From assembly GCF_000150275.1 (NCBI RefSeq), contig NW_002060952.1, positions 456,482 through 520,481 on the forward strand: a stretch of 64,000 nt of DNA, written 5' to 3'. The notes beneath the pieces were generated by a model. The model saw only the letters and a program-made list of their open reading frames with translations. It had not been told where the DNA came from and made no database searches. Position numbers and translations under genes: made by a program. Below, piece after piece: positions 40,201 through 53,581 of this stretch. Numbering within the stretch: position 1 is the first letter of the stretch; the number at the start of each line of letters is the position of its first letter. This DNA is from Trichoplax adhaerens (lineage: Eukaryota; Animalia; Placozoa).

Positions 40201-43200
40201 ATGTTTCTTTTCCTTTAACAACTTTCGAACCTGTTATATTAATAGCTTCACGGTTTGCTAACCCAAGCTGGCTTTCATGTGTTGATGATTCATCATCGTT
40301 CTCACTTTGAATAATTGGTGTCACGCAAGGTGTTGGTTTAACGGGCTTTGGCGCCACTAGATTGCTAGAATTACCAGGTGGTGCTTCGATAGGCTTAAAT
40401 AGTTCGACATGACGTTCATCAGATTCACTTTGAGATTCAAGATCTGAATCTGAACCACCTTGCATATTGCCAGTGACTGTTTTGGTCTTTTTTGACCGGC
40501 TAGGGCCAGTGTTGGCGACCAGATAGGAACTGGTATCTCCTTCCGTACTATTCTCTAGTGGTATTTCCGTTGTAGGTGATTTCTTTTGATATTCATGATT
40601 TTGCTTTTTCAGATATTTCATAGCCATGCCTAATGATGATTTACCCGCATCAATTGATTGGTCAGTATTTTCCGTCGTTCCTGCGGAAAAACGACGATTA
40701 TAATGGGCCTTACGTATCTCCATGGTATTATTAAGCCCATTAGTATCGATATACGATGAATGACGACGAGAATCACTATTCTTTACTGGCAACAAATCGC
40801 TAATACCATGGTGATCGTCAGCATTAATGTCTTGTCTATCTTTGCCTTCGTTAAATTTTGACTTTGTACGACCATCTTGAAATATTTTTACTTGATAAAT
40901 TTTCTCACGAATATCATTAAATTTATTATTAGGTGTAGTCTTAAACTTGGACATCGACTTGTCATCTTTTCCTGAGTGGGTGCTAGTATTCACCCATAGC
41001 GGCGAAGATGATTCATTCTTTTTTGCTGCTGCTCGCTTTTGCCAAATTTTAGCTAGTACCGATGCAGTAACATTAGCTGAGGCAATCGATCTCCTCCTAT
41101 TGACGTCATCCTCTAATTTCGTCTTTCTTAAATCCGAGATATCATCGCTGTATTTACGTTCAGTTTTATTATGACTCAATAATTTTAACACTCGTGCAGT
41201 TGTTTCTTTCCATTTTGCATTTGTGATAGAATCCATAGATGCACGAGGGCTCCTATCACCTTTTCCACTGATACTAGTTGATGATCTATCTGGACGATTA
41301 TTCAATTGTTGAAAACCTATTTCACCTTTTTCGTTAGAACGCGACCTACTTTTATCAGACAACGGTGACAGAAGTTCTTTTTCACCATTGTAGCGAACTT
41401 TTAAATCAGACATTAAAGTATTGATTAACTCATTACTTATGATAGTTTCAGCTGACGATCGCGACTCTCCCCGAATCGATTGTGTACGTACTGTGACTGA
41501 GTATGGTGAAGACCCATGTAGTATCGATTCGACGACTTTTGGACTAATCTCTAAATAATCAGCAGTAGGATCCGGCGTAGTTAAAATCTTTCTGCCATTA
41601 ATGTAAATAGTGTAACCGGTAACCAATGTACCGTTCGATTTTCCATTAGCACTTATTGTCACGGGTAACCATGTAATATATAATGATCCTTTTTCGCTTC
41701 CAGTATCCAATCTGACGCTAGCTGGGCTATCCGGAATGCCTGAAGGTAATAAATTTACAATATAAAACTACATTGTAGGATGTCAATGTTAACTGTATGT
41801 ATCGTACTGGAACAATAGCTAGCATCAGGACTAAATAACTTAAACATTTATTGACTACCTTGTTGATCAGTTTGAAATTGAATTTCAGAATATGTAATTT
41901 TATCCAAGTTATACATTTTGGCGTGCTCATCTGGTAATTGGCCAGTTGCCATTATCTTAACAGTAACAGTACTAGTAGGTTCCAAGCCGGTCAGATTGCA
42001 TTGATTAGTACCAGGCGGCACTTGTTGAAATTTATCATTGTTGACAAAGATTGTATGTGAAAAGTTACTATCACTTGGCATCCAAGCAATTACTGCGGTT
42101 GTGGCCGAGTACGATAAAACTTTTATTTGCGAAGGAGCGATCGACAAATCTATAGATATGCATAATGTAATAATAGGAAGTCCCAAAATACAATTAAGAA
42201 TAACACATAAGTGATAATAATAGTTAAAGATTTACGCGTATAAAATATTCACCCTTACCTTTTCCTATTAATACCGTAGCCTGAGCGTCTGAAGAATGAC
42301 CAATAGGGGTTATTGTTCGGACTGATAACCTTGTAACCTAATTAAGAGTTAATACAAAATAATAGTTAAATATTATCGTTACAATTGTGGTGCTACTTTA
42401 AAATGTAATATCAACAAACGATTATTTAATCGAATTATGAACATAAAATTTGAAGAATTAATAATATAATGAGCAATAGTGCGGTACATCAGTCAACACT
42501 AGCCAAAAAATCATTCGTCATAATTCAAATAAGACTATTGCATACAGTAATATCTGCCGCCAAAATGCTAAATAGTGTAGATAAATGTATCCCTCTTATG
42601 AATTACGAATAATACACTAGCCTATTAAGTTTATTGCTGTACGATCGGAACTACTCCTACATAGGATATTGTATCTGGCTGAAAACTATTAGTATGTCTT
42701 AGATAAATAAGAGAAAATTTTATAAGAATGGTAAAAGGATGTACATGATTATTATCGAGTCCTCCAACTAGGGCCTTCATTTTCTCATTTTTGTTGATTT
42801 CTGATCGTAACGACCCATTAACATAAACCGCATATGCAGTAACTTTATCTGGTGGCAAATCAGCAGCTTGCCATCGAAGAAGTACACTATCTATAAAATG
42901 GCGCTCAATCCTAACGTTTATTGGAGAAGCTGAAACGAAAGTACGTAATATAAATGTCATTATACTTATCACTTAGGCATACGCTGACGCTTAAATTTTT
43001 TGCACCTTTTTACTTAAAGAAATATTTCTATCTAACTACATCACAAACCTATAGCTGGATCACCAGTTTGTAATTGGTCTAACTTATTTTCAGGATTGTT
43101 TATTGATACAAGCGATGAATTAGTTTCACTGAGTGCTTCAAGCCCAGTACCATATGTTGATCCCGCTGTGATATAGGTTATATAAGCGCAAGTAGGGCAT

Positions 43201-46200
43201 AGAGATTAAGAAATAAATAGTTAACAGCAATATCATATAATATATATATATATAATATGTAATACATCAAACAATATTAAGTGGTTTTGAAATGTAAGCA
43301 AAGAATACCTGTTATGAGCCTGCGACTGATATCAATATCTGGAACATCCAAATTATCAGTACGTAGTCTCTTTGTTTTTAAAATTCGGTTTATTTCATTC
43401 ATATCTGTCAGTTACACGTAATATATTTCATCATACATTCGGGAATATAATTCTATTCCAAAAATAAGTAAATTTGCTCATATCGAGTGTACGTATATTC
43501 AAGTCTAACCTGTGACTCTCCTTAGATAATTCGAAGGTGCTAAACCACGTCTACCACTTAGTAATTCAGCGTTATAATAACCGCTCTAAATATAGTATTG
43601 AAAAGATTGAAACTTTTTTAATGCCCTATTTTTAATGACGTAATAGTTCATAACTGTACTTACTATATTCGTGTTACCATAAGCAATTACATATTCATTA
43701 GCCTTAAACGGTAATTCAAACTCAGGTTGCTTATTTGGTGACGTCTCCATAGGATTATAATCGTATTTCGCCACGAAAACTGAAAGGTCCGCCATTGCAT
43801 AAGCGTCTGTCGAAATACATAACGTTTATAATTATTCGAACCCAATATTTAATTTAGATTTCTTCTATTAGAATAAATATACGTAAAATTAAAACTTAAT
43901 TACCTGAATCTTCAATTGCGGGAAGTTTGGGTAAGGTTTGTTGCCGTGGCCCGTTTTTCTGCCTAGACTTTCTTCGGCTACCGTAAGTTTCTAACCAAAC
44001 AGAAATTTTCTTGTCACCAAATTCAAAAAATTTATACGTGTAGTACAATTAAAGATGCATCTATTGTTTAATGGTTAAGGGCCTTTAATTACCGTCAGAT
44101 GAACTATCTGTTGCAAATATATCATTATAATAGTATGAACGTCTCCTTCGGTAATGGCGATCGAATAAATCATCGTCATCGCTACTTGCAGCTAAACCTT
44201 TAATCTGGTATTACAGTTAAACGTGTAAAAATTGCTTAGATCACCAAGTAATTCTATAAATATTTATGTAGATATACATATATACGTCTATATAGATACG
44301 TAGTTAGGAAGTTAGAATGATAATTATCATACGTACCTTGTCTTGAAGACTGACGTAGTCAGAATTTGCCCCGTTGAGTTGATTGCTATTTTCCATAATT
44401 AATCCATTCTTGTGATAATGTTGTAATTCCTTTGAAAGCCGTTTACATCGGCGTTCACTAAGCTCATTTTTATCTCGAAGACTTCTTAATTGATTCTAAA
44501 ATAAATACAAAATAAAATTTACCTAATGTAAGTAGGAAATGTACCCTTGTCCTATCACACTATTTCCTAAAGATTTATTGTACACAGGCAAATGCACCAT
44601 ACACATGTGTAATTTACATTAGAATACTTCCGTTATACCTCCAATTTGCTGATTTCTTCTCGATATCTATCTCTATCTTGCAGCTGGTTCTACAAAACAG
44701 GTAAAGAAATTTTAATTTCAGCAATTGCAAGCATTGATACCTCACTTTAGATTATGCTAAATCATGGAAACAATAATACCATGTGTAATTTTTGCATTTC
44801 TTGTTGTCTTTCATTTAATTTAAGTTTTGTAATATTGTAATCATTTTCTAGCTGCTTTTTCTGATTTGCCGTTAACGATAAGCCCTATCCAGATATAAAA
44901 CCCATTGTAGTCTAATAATTATGGTAATGTGTTACATACGCGTATGTAAAATTCACAAGACAAATTAAGGTATCTAATACCGCTATAGAAATCTCTAATT
45001 CTGAAATTCGTCGCTTTAAAGCAATACATTCACTTCTTGATTTATCACAATCATCCAAACTCTTTTTCAAGTCTTGCCGTAATTTCTCGCATCGCATTTC
45101 AACCTAATGAAATTTACATTACATGTTACTACTGTATACGCTTAGTTAAAAAAAATCTAAGACTTTGTTAAGATTTGACAACTTTCAAATATTACTATAC
45201 GTACTTTCTGTAATTCCGCTACATTTCGATTCAGTGAAGCATTTTCTAATTTGATCTGCTCACTTTCACTTTTTAACTGGACCATGTCATTCTCCTGTTT
45301 AGATTAAAAATTTTTGCTGTAATTAACTTCATGAAATTAATGCTCTGAATATTTTATTCATTTCAAATAGGCATACAGTATGCTATACTACAGTATAGTA
45401 ATCTATCATCCGATTCAAACACTACTACTCCATCATTGTACACTGCATACCAAAGCGGAATGTTTTCTTTCAAGCTCTTCATATGATTTTAATTTTTGTA
45501 AAAGTTGCTCATCCTATATCATGAAAGTTAAAGTGAGTCGTCAAAAAGAGACCGTGCAAGCAAGATTCAACGAGTTCTTTAACCAACCGTAGCTGGAGGC
45601 TTGGTTTCCTCAAGTCGCTTGATTTCTGATTTTAACATTTCATTTGTTAATAGGAGTGCTTCGTATTTGCTAGATTTCTCTTCTAATTCTGCGACGCGCG
45701 CTAAATTCTAGAAAACCAATAGGATATTATTTATTAAATAGAGTAAAGGTAATGAGTACGGTTATGTAACTTATAAATCAAGGGAAGATACGGTGTACTG
45801 TACTATCTACTTTTATTTCAAAATTATTTTTCAATAATTAGGAGAAATATAAATTCTTACTCCAGGAGATTCTGTCATATGTTTTTGTAATTGAAGTTTT
45901 TCTTTAGTGAGTTGACGTATAATCGTTTCAAGTTCCTCAATACTGCGACCAGACTGCTGCTATGTATGAAATTTAAGATATTCTTTTTGAATACTTTTAA
46001 TGAATTTGGTATGCGATATTGCACCCCATCTGCAATATACATGTAAGGTATGCAGGCAAATTATTTTAGCACTTACTGTTACGTATCTATATTATTATTT
46101 TAAACATTAGTTACTCCGAGAGTGGCTTACAAATTGGTTCGTTTTATTACGCAACTTGTACTTATATACTTCCACTAACAATAATACAATATGCTATCGT

Positions 46201-48386
46201 GATATACAAATTTTACTAGATATATTTAGGGCTATGATCTAGGACTATGGTATTTCAGATAGTAAATTCTTACGCAACTACATCGATAATTATTTTTGCC
46301 TTACAATTATAAATATTAATTTTTTCAATACTGTACATATCACTTACTATATTTTTACTCCCTTGGTGAATATTGCTAGAACCTACTTCTGGTCCATTAG
46401 CAGGTTGATTAACCCTTAATTTGTTTATCTCATCGTCTTTCTTCTTTAGTTCTTCTTTCAGTTGCATGCATTGCTGAAAGTAGCCGTCATCTCCATTTTT
46501 AGAAATTGTTTCTTGTAAATCATTCGCAATTTGAACCAGTTTTGAGTTACGTATTTTTAGCCTAGCTAGTTTGTCTTCCAAGTAATTTTGACGATTGTGA
46601 TTTGATGATCCAAGCTGTCGCTTCTGTAAGAAGAGATAAGATCATCGAGATTTACTTTATTAATTAATCAATCTTGTGTACATTGTCCGGTTGTTCCATA
46701 GCATACGTATAACATTTCAATCTATCCTAAATTGGAATAACAAGCTGCTGTAAGGTGTATTTACTTGATTACAACTTACCAAGGATGACATTTCTTTGGC
46801 TAAATATTCACATCGACTTTCTAAATGGCTTACATTAGAATTTAATTCAGTATTCTTCTGGAGCAATAACCTCTCACGGTCATCAAATAATCGTTTACTC
46901 TGTAGAGAAACAACAATCAATGCTTATTAACTACAAATAGTGCAAGCTACGTACTGTAGATGTTGATCAAAGCGAGAAGGGCTTCCTTTAAAAATAAAGG
47001 ATACGAACAAAAGTTGTTTAAAATTTTTTTTAGAATACTTGTATGTAACAATTACACGCTTATTTCACTTTATTCAACCCCAAAATACTCTTTTTTATGA
47101 ATGCAATATTGTGCGTATCACGTATCAGCAAAAAATGAGAGAAGGCATGCAAGAAAATCTTATTTTAACGTCATTACTGAATTTGGTAAAGTCAGGAATG
47201 AGTCCGCTTTATCGAAACCTATGACTCTGATTGACATGAGGCTTATAAGAGTATAAAACCACTCGATGGAATAACTTGTTGACATACGAAAAAGTTGGAT
47301 AATATTTTCACTTCGAGTTACAGTGGTTGACAATGTGGCTGGTAAATATTCGATAAAATTTTGAACATTTAAAGACTGTGAAAGATAATGCATATCCACA
47401 ATAAGCATGCATTCAATAGAGAACGTCAAGATATAGCAAGAAAAGAAATAAAAGTCATTTAACTAGCAGCACTGGATATAACTTACAATAAATAAATGTA
47501 CCAATTTGACTACTCTTATGTACGAGTATTTAAGCAATGATACAAGGTCGACTGTCTTAAAATAACGAATAATACTCGGTATTCTGTTATAGCAACTTAC
47601 AGTCCATGCTACTACTGATGATGAATCATGTGAATTTGGACTTGTTAATGTATCTATCGATGTCCTTGTATCAATAGGATGAAGCTTGATCGTCGAATGT
47701 ACGGCTTGATACTGCAATGTTTCCAACTCTAATTTAAAATTGATCAGTTCGTCACCTAATTTGCTTTTTTTATCATCGTCATCATTATTATCTCGATTCC
47801 TTTCATAATTATGTGAATGGGGATAAGGAAATGGCCGCATAGTATGATCGCTACCTTTTTCATGACTAAAATAGGATAAATAATCAAACTGATCATCATT
47901 TGTTGTACTACGCAATGCCAGTTGATCTCCCTGGATATTATCCATGCAATCTTTGTTGAGGTGATGATGATTAATGTTACTGTTGATTTGAAAACGTTGG
48001 TTTGATAATGGATGGATTATAACATGGTCATGTAATAACTGTTTACTATTTGTTGTACTCCATTGACTACGATGACAGTTACTATGATAATGAAGATTTT
48101 TTCCAACCCTGCCTTCAGTACAACTAAGTTGTGGAGTAACCATGTTCTGATTCTTATCGGTGATTTTTTGGTTACTTTCACTTTGTTGCAAAGCTAATGA
48201 TGGTAATACAAGTATTGAATTGAGTTGATTATCGTAGTTCATTAATCTGATATCAGCAATCGATGCTGATATCCTCGTATCATTGGCAAATACTGTTGTC
48301 GTCGTAGAACAAGTGGTGGAATTTACTGTCACCAAGGTATAGTATCCATTTGTTGGAACATCATTGAACCACTGGGTTTGTGACAT
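37203..48386 (-). CDS. RIMBP2: RIM-binding protein (RIMBP/TSPOAP1 family): N-terminal coiled coil, SH3, 3x FN3, long disordered linker, 2x SH3
   Basis: Family-diagnostic SH3 domains: FVAKYDYNPMETSPNKQPEFELPF; RLFVALYNYDPEVMSPNPLDVAEEELPFKQGDIIK-IYGDKDGDGFY; AVALYDYDPYVSSPNADSE-MELTF..GNMDEDGYFMGELNDKRGLVPSNF. FN3 repeats include AVIAWMPSDSNFSH and LYITWLPVTISANGKSNGTLVTGY. Coiled-coil exons include LARLKIRNSKLVQIANDLQE and ELETIIRQLTKEKLQL. The first coding exon (47600-48386) and the exact start are less certain. Confidence 0.93.
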
Positions 48387-48948
48387 TTTTCAATTAGTAC
48401 CAAGGGTAATGCACATCAGTTGATACTAGTATTCAATTTTAATTATTATCATCTTGATCATTCGGTAGATAACAATTGTGACTGAGGTCGATAATATCAT
48501 ATTGAGAATGTCTTTGAATAATGACTTTGACGGAAATAACGATAGGACTTATGCCCAAGTTAATGGTCGATGATATATTCCTTTTAAATCTCTATCAAGG
48601 TAGAAAAAAATTTTCTATACTGTCTCCTCACGAACGATTGAATCCAATACGACGGTAATGGTTAGAATATGGCAATACTGATAGTTTACAATGATTATTC
48701 CATCGATAGTAATCAAGTAGAAGGATAGAACAAAGGATAAATGAAAATATATCGATAATAATTGCCAGTAATTATCACCGATGTTAATTGTAATTATTAT
48801 CAGGTCAGGGAGATGGATCCTTTTTATAGCTTTTGGATTCTTTGTGTCGGGTCTATATTGTTACCTCGAGGCAGTTGTTGATTACTGACTGAATGTACAG
48901 TATTACCAAATGATCAATCGATTAAAATAGACCCGGTGATGATAGGTA

Positions 48949-48972
48949 TTTCTTCTTCTTCTTCTTCTTCTT
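48949..48972. repeat. (TTC)n microsatellite in the RIM-BP 5' region
   Basis: ttcttcttcttcttcttcttc. Confidence 0.85.
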
Positions 48973-49480
48973 TGAAATGTGTTGCTAATATTGAATCAGT
49001 CAATTTGGGTAAGACCATCGACATTGGAAGAAAACTACAATCTTACTCTTTCTAGCCGCTACTTTGTCATGACCCATGTTCAAAGTATTTCCGATCAACA
49101 TTCATTTGCCTTCTACGTCCGTCAATACCGGAGAAAAGATTCTTACACAGCTTCAACTCAGTACAATTTAAAATGTTGGGGAAGAAAATGATAGGATACA
49201 ATTCAATTTTTTTCCTCTCCTTTTTCTTAATGAAGTTGCAGGCGTTTCTTAGGTTACCGAAATGACGAATGAACAGTCATCTTGGCACATGTGTCATGCA
49301 GTCGCGCGTCAATCTTGGACAGTACACCGTACAGTCGAGCGTCAACGTGACTGAGATGACCCGTCCAAAGTTTCAAACGATATGTAGTGTGACATCGTGG
49401 GCGTTTCGGAAGAGTCAACCTGAAGACTACAATACGCTTAGAATACCTTGCCTAAACGATTGAAAGGCTCCTAGTAAGTT

Positions 49481-50110
49481 CTCTCGGTTACTGAGGCAAT
49501 GGGTTAGCAGTTGGGTAGCAATTTCTCTCGGTTACTAAGGCAATGGGTTAGCAGTTAGGTAGCAATTTCTCTCGGTTACCGAGGCAATTGGTTAGCAGTT
49601 GGATAGCAATTTCACTCGGATACCGAGGCAATGGGTTAGCAGTTAGGTAGCAATTTCACTCGGTTAGCAGTTGGGTAGCAATTTCAATATAATGCAATCG
49701 GTTAGCAGTTGGATAGCAATTTCTCTCGGTTACTAAGGCAATTGGCTAGCAATTTCTCTCGGTTACCGAGGCAATGGGTTAGCAGTTAGGTAGCAATTTC
49801 TCTCGGTTACCGAGGCAATTGGTTAGCAGTTGGATAGCAATTTCACTCGGATACCGAGGCAATGGGTTAGCAGTTAGGTAGCAATTTCACTCGGTTAGCA
49901 GTTGGGTAGCAATTTCAATATAATGCAATCGGTTAGCAGTTGGATAGCAATTTCTCTCGGTTACCGAGGCAATGGGTTAGCAGTTAGGTAGCAATTTCAC
50001 TCGGTTAGCAGTTGGGTAGCAATTTTACTCGGTTACTGAGGCAATCGGTTAGCAGTTGGATAGCAATTTCTCTCGGTTACTGAGGCAATGGGTTAGCAGT
50101 TGGGTAGCAA
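49481..50110. repeat. 44-bp minisatellite with a 231-bp higher-order duplication, upstream of RIM-BP
   Basis: Unit ctctcggttacYRaggcaatgggttagcagttRggtagcaattt. The rare variant caatataatgcaatc recurs at 49685 and 49916. Confidence 0.95.
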
Positions 50111-53100
50111 ATGGTATTCAATCAATTGTTGGAAGATTCTTCGTGAAGGGCAAGAGCTGTGTAGCTTGAAGAAAAATGGGAATACCATAAAGTCGTACAA
50201 ATGTTATCCCTCAACCCTCCTTCCCGTATCAAATCAAAACCAGGTCTTGACAACATGAATGGCTTCTTGTTTTAATCAAAATGATTCTTGTTATTGAGTG
50301 AAAAAAAATGTCAACCTCCACTCCCCTATTCAAATCAAAACCAGATCTTTGATCAACTTGTGTAGAAAGACTTCTATTTGAATACAATAACTATCACTGT
50401 TTACTGTAATAATATTTTTCAAAGGATCTTCCTGTGAAACCAAAGCGTCATCAATAGCCACAACTGCAAAATCCTACTACTCTACTACAGTATACTCGCA
50501 TTGATGATACACAGACTGGAGATACAAATCGATTCTAAATTTCAATTTGTTATACGGAATTTTTGGTGTGGAGTGGTCGCAAACTTTGACTAAAATGATA
50601 TTGACCAGCTTATACACAGTAGTAGTGAATTGTATCGGAGTAGTGATCGATCGGCGTATCACAGCTATTTTTTCATTTATTAAATTGTTCTTATTGTACA
50701 GTAGGTTGGGAGCAGTAATAATACATTTGGGAATGGACTGAAATACAAAAATTGGCCTATTCGATCTGGTATTAGCACCTGGCAGTCATAATAGCCCGAG
50801 AAATATCACAACTATCTTAGTATACGTACAGTAGTTAGTATCCTTTGCCATCAATAGAAAAAGAATTTTGCCAGAACAGCCATTCTCAATCATCTATGCA
50901 TAGGTGTTGTACGTTATATAATAATAAAGAATGAGAGAGTAAATAATTCTACCGTATCGACCATTATAATTGAACTCATTTATTCAAGCCAGTCGAATGG
51001 ATGTAAATTGCGTAAAGTGAATAAATCTTGCACATAATTTTAGTTTTAAAGAAAATTTCAAAAAATTGCACAAATTGGAGCAGAAGGCTATCAAAATTTT
51101 CCTGTACATAACTTGCGTTTTTCAACGGTACTTGTACTCATACTTCAGGTGTTTTTGTCGAATATTCTGAACTCGGTGTATCAATTAAGTCCACAGAATA
51201 AATAACGCAAAGTTGTTCTGTAAACTTTCAAAAGTCAAGTTGCTAATCTCTTAGCACAATGATTAAGGAGAAGTTCTCATAAACGATTATTCTATACGTA
51301 TGCGTATATTTTTAAAATTGTACTTGATCCTTTGAAGAAATATCAAATGATTTTTTTAGGCAAAAACTCTATTATCAACAACACAATACTGAATTTTAAT
51401 AGTTATTGGATATTTCTAAACCACATCAAAACAAAATTCCAATTACTGATGTCATCCATTAGTTAGGAAATTTTCATTAATTATCTTTACACTGTTGTCT
51501 CAACATACAGCACTCTACAGGAATGCCTGACAACTTTTATGCACTATCAGAGAAGTGAATTTTGGAACTTTTCCGAGCCTATTGGTTAATACAATACCCG
51601 GTTCCTGATTCTTTAGTAATCCAGAGTTATTTGAATTGAAAAATTCTTGCAGTACAACATGATTGTCATAATTGTTTACGTAAACATAGATCTTGCAACA
51701 GTACATGAAAGTAGCAGCAGAGTATAATAACCATGGACAATTTAAATGATTACTTTCTATTAGATAAGTGTCGATATTCCCCACTATTGCAGTATAGTTT
51801 CATGTAAAGTGCAGTAGCAGCGTCTTCGTATTATATGAAATACCCTGAGAATGGCTCAATTATCAGGAATTCACTCATAAAAAAGTAATCATTTTTTTTC
51901 AAGCTTCACTTTTCGCTTTCAAAAGCTAGTCTATAAAACTTGATTTTCATTTACACCATTCACTACTGCTTGAGTTTCTCTAGGATCTAATTCAAAATTG
52001 TCTTTTACGAGATTAAAGAATAAAATGACAATTGCGGCGAAATAATAACATCGAAGGCTACAAATCATTTATCAACTAAAGCCCATGTCAGTTTTATCTT
52101 TTCCAAGCGTAATTCTATTTGATAATACAACATTCTTGGTATTTTGTAAAGATTCTGCAATTAAATATGTACGTATAGTGTATCCTTTATACTTAGTTGG
52201 CCTTTCAATTTGTATAACAGTACATGTACTGAGAAGAACAACGTATGCGCGTAAACTTTCGGCATCTATGAAATGGTACTTTTGAGGTATCGGTATCATA
52301 AATGTAGAAATACATAAGTATATTCCTTGCTATGCAATTTACACTCGATAAAATGCGTCTAATGAAGAGATGGTATCGATTCATGACCATAAACAACTTT
52401 AAATTAATTAACGGAAGACAGATAAAAAAGAAAATTTGCAATGTGCTGGAGTATAGAAGACCAAATTGAAGATCGATAATACAATACGATTCCTTTCGTT
52501 TTTACGAAAAAAAGCAACTGTTCATTCGGTGAATATGGAAAATAACGTTGCCCAATTACATATGAGGTGATAGGGAAAAATCTCAACTTGCAGGTTAGAT
52601 TAACAAACTTATTTATAATTCGCTCAGAAATATATGCTATAGGCGTTCAGAGTAAAATCGTTTCGAAATTCCATTTCACTACTTAATACGATAGTATATT
52701 TTTCATATTTACTGTATGAGATTATTTATTTTCTACATTAAAATACCAAAAAAGAAATGAATCACGTTGTACAATAGAAAATTAAAAATCTATTTCATGG
52801 CGCAACGTTATATTGCTACGGTATTAAAGCAATTATTCAAATAAGTAATCATAAGAGTACGCTTAAAGTCGCTTGACTATTGTTTCCCAATAACGGTAGT
52901 AAAAATTTATGCTATCCTTACTTTATATATAATTTTTGTTGAATCTCTGATAATCATTATTCATAGAATAAAAACGAATCTTGATTGCATTTAAAATAGA
53001 CTTTCATGTATATACGGGTACACTGTACAGTAATTCATTTTCAATATATGTTTATGTTTTCCTACGAATAAAGTCATCTAACTTATTAATACAATTTGTT

Positions 53101-53531
53101 AATATTGGATTCGGGGATTCGGTTTTGTAATTGGATTCACATTAACAACACTTCAACCTGCAATTGTCTGTAAAAGTTTCTCGTTCCCGATTTTGACCCA
53201 CACTCATTAATTACTACCTTACTGCATTATTTTGATAAATTAAATTTAGATGTTTTCAAGTTGTCGACAATGAAAGATGGTAATTCCTGTATATTATTAT
53301 ATTATTAATGTATTCTTTTTATAAAGAACTCAAAAATTAAGATATCATCATAATACTTAGATACAATACGTACATACACTATTTCAATGTACTGTAATGT
53401 AAAACTCGTCGGATAATGATCACTAAATACTGTCTCGACCGGAGGTAAAAAAGAGATTAACTTGTTTAATATACCAGCATTGTACTTCATAGATATATAT
53501 CAATGAAAGCTATTTAGCGATCATGTTTAAT

Positions 53532-53581
53532 NNNNNNNNNNNNNNNNNNNNNNNNNNNNNNNNNNNNNNNNNNNNNNNNNN
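53532..53581. other. Assembly gap (50 N)
   Basis: Run of n characters. Confidence 1.

Noticed and set aside
39006-41174. Plus-strand ORFs inside the RIM-BP giant exon (and 6703-6951 opposite SPT6)
   Set aside because: Antisense shadows of low-complexity coding sequence.
46996-47004. U12-type donor GTATCCTTT (also at about 50838 and 52180 on +)
   Set aside because: Not at any reconstructed exon boundary, no matching branch site was seen for the RIM-BP intron copy, and the count is compatible with chance.
49481-50110. CRISPR array or telomeric repeat
   Set aside because: There are no unique spacers, the context is eukaryotic, and GGGTTAG occurs only as isolated pieces of a 44-bp unit.
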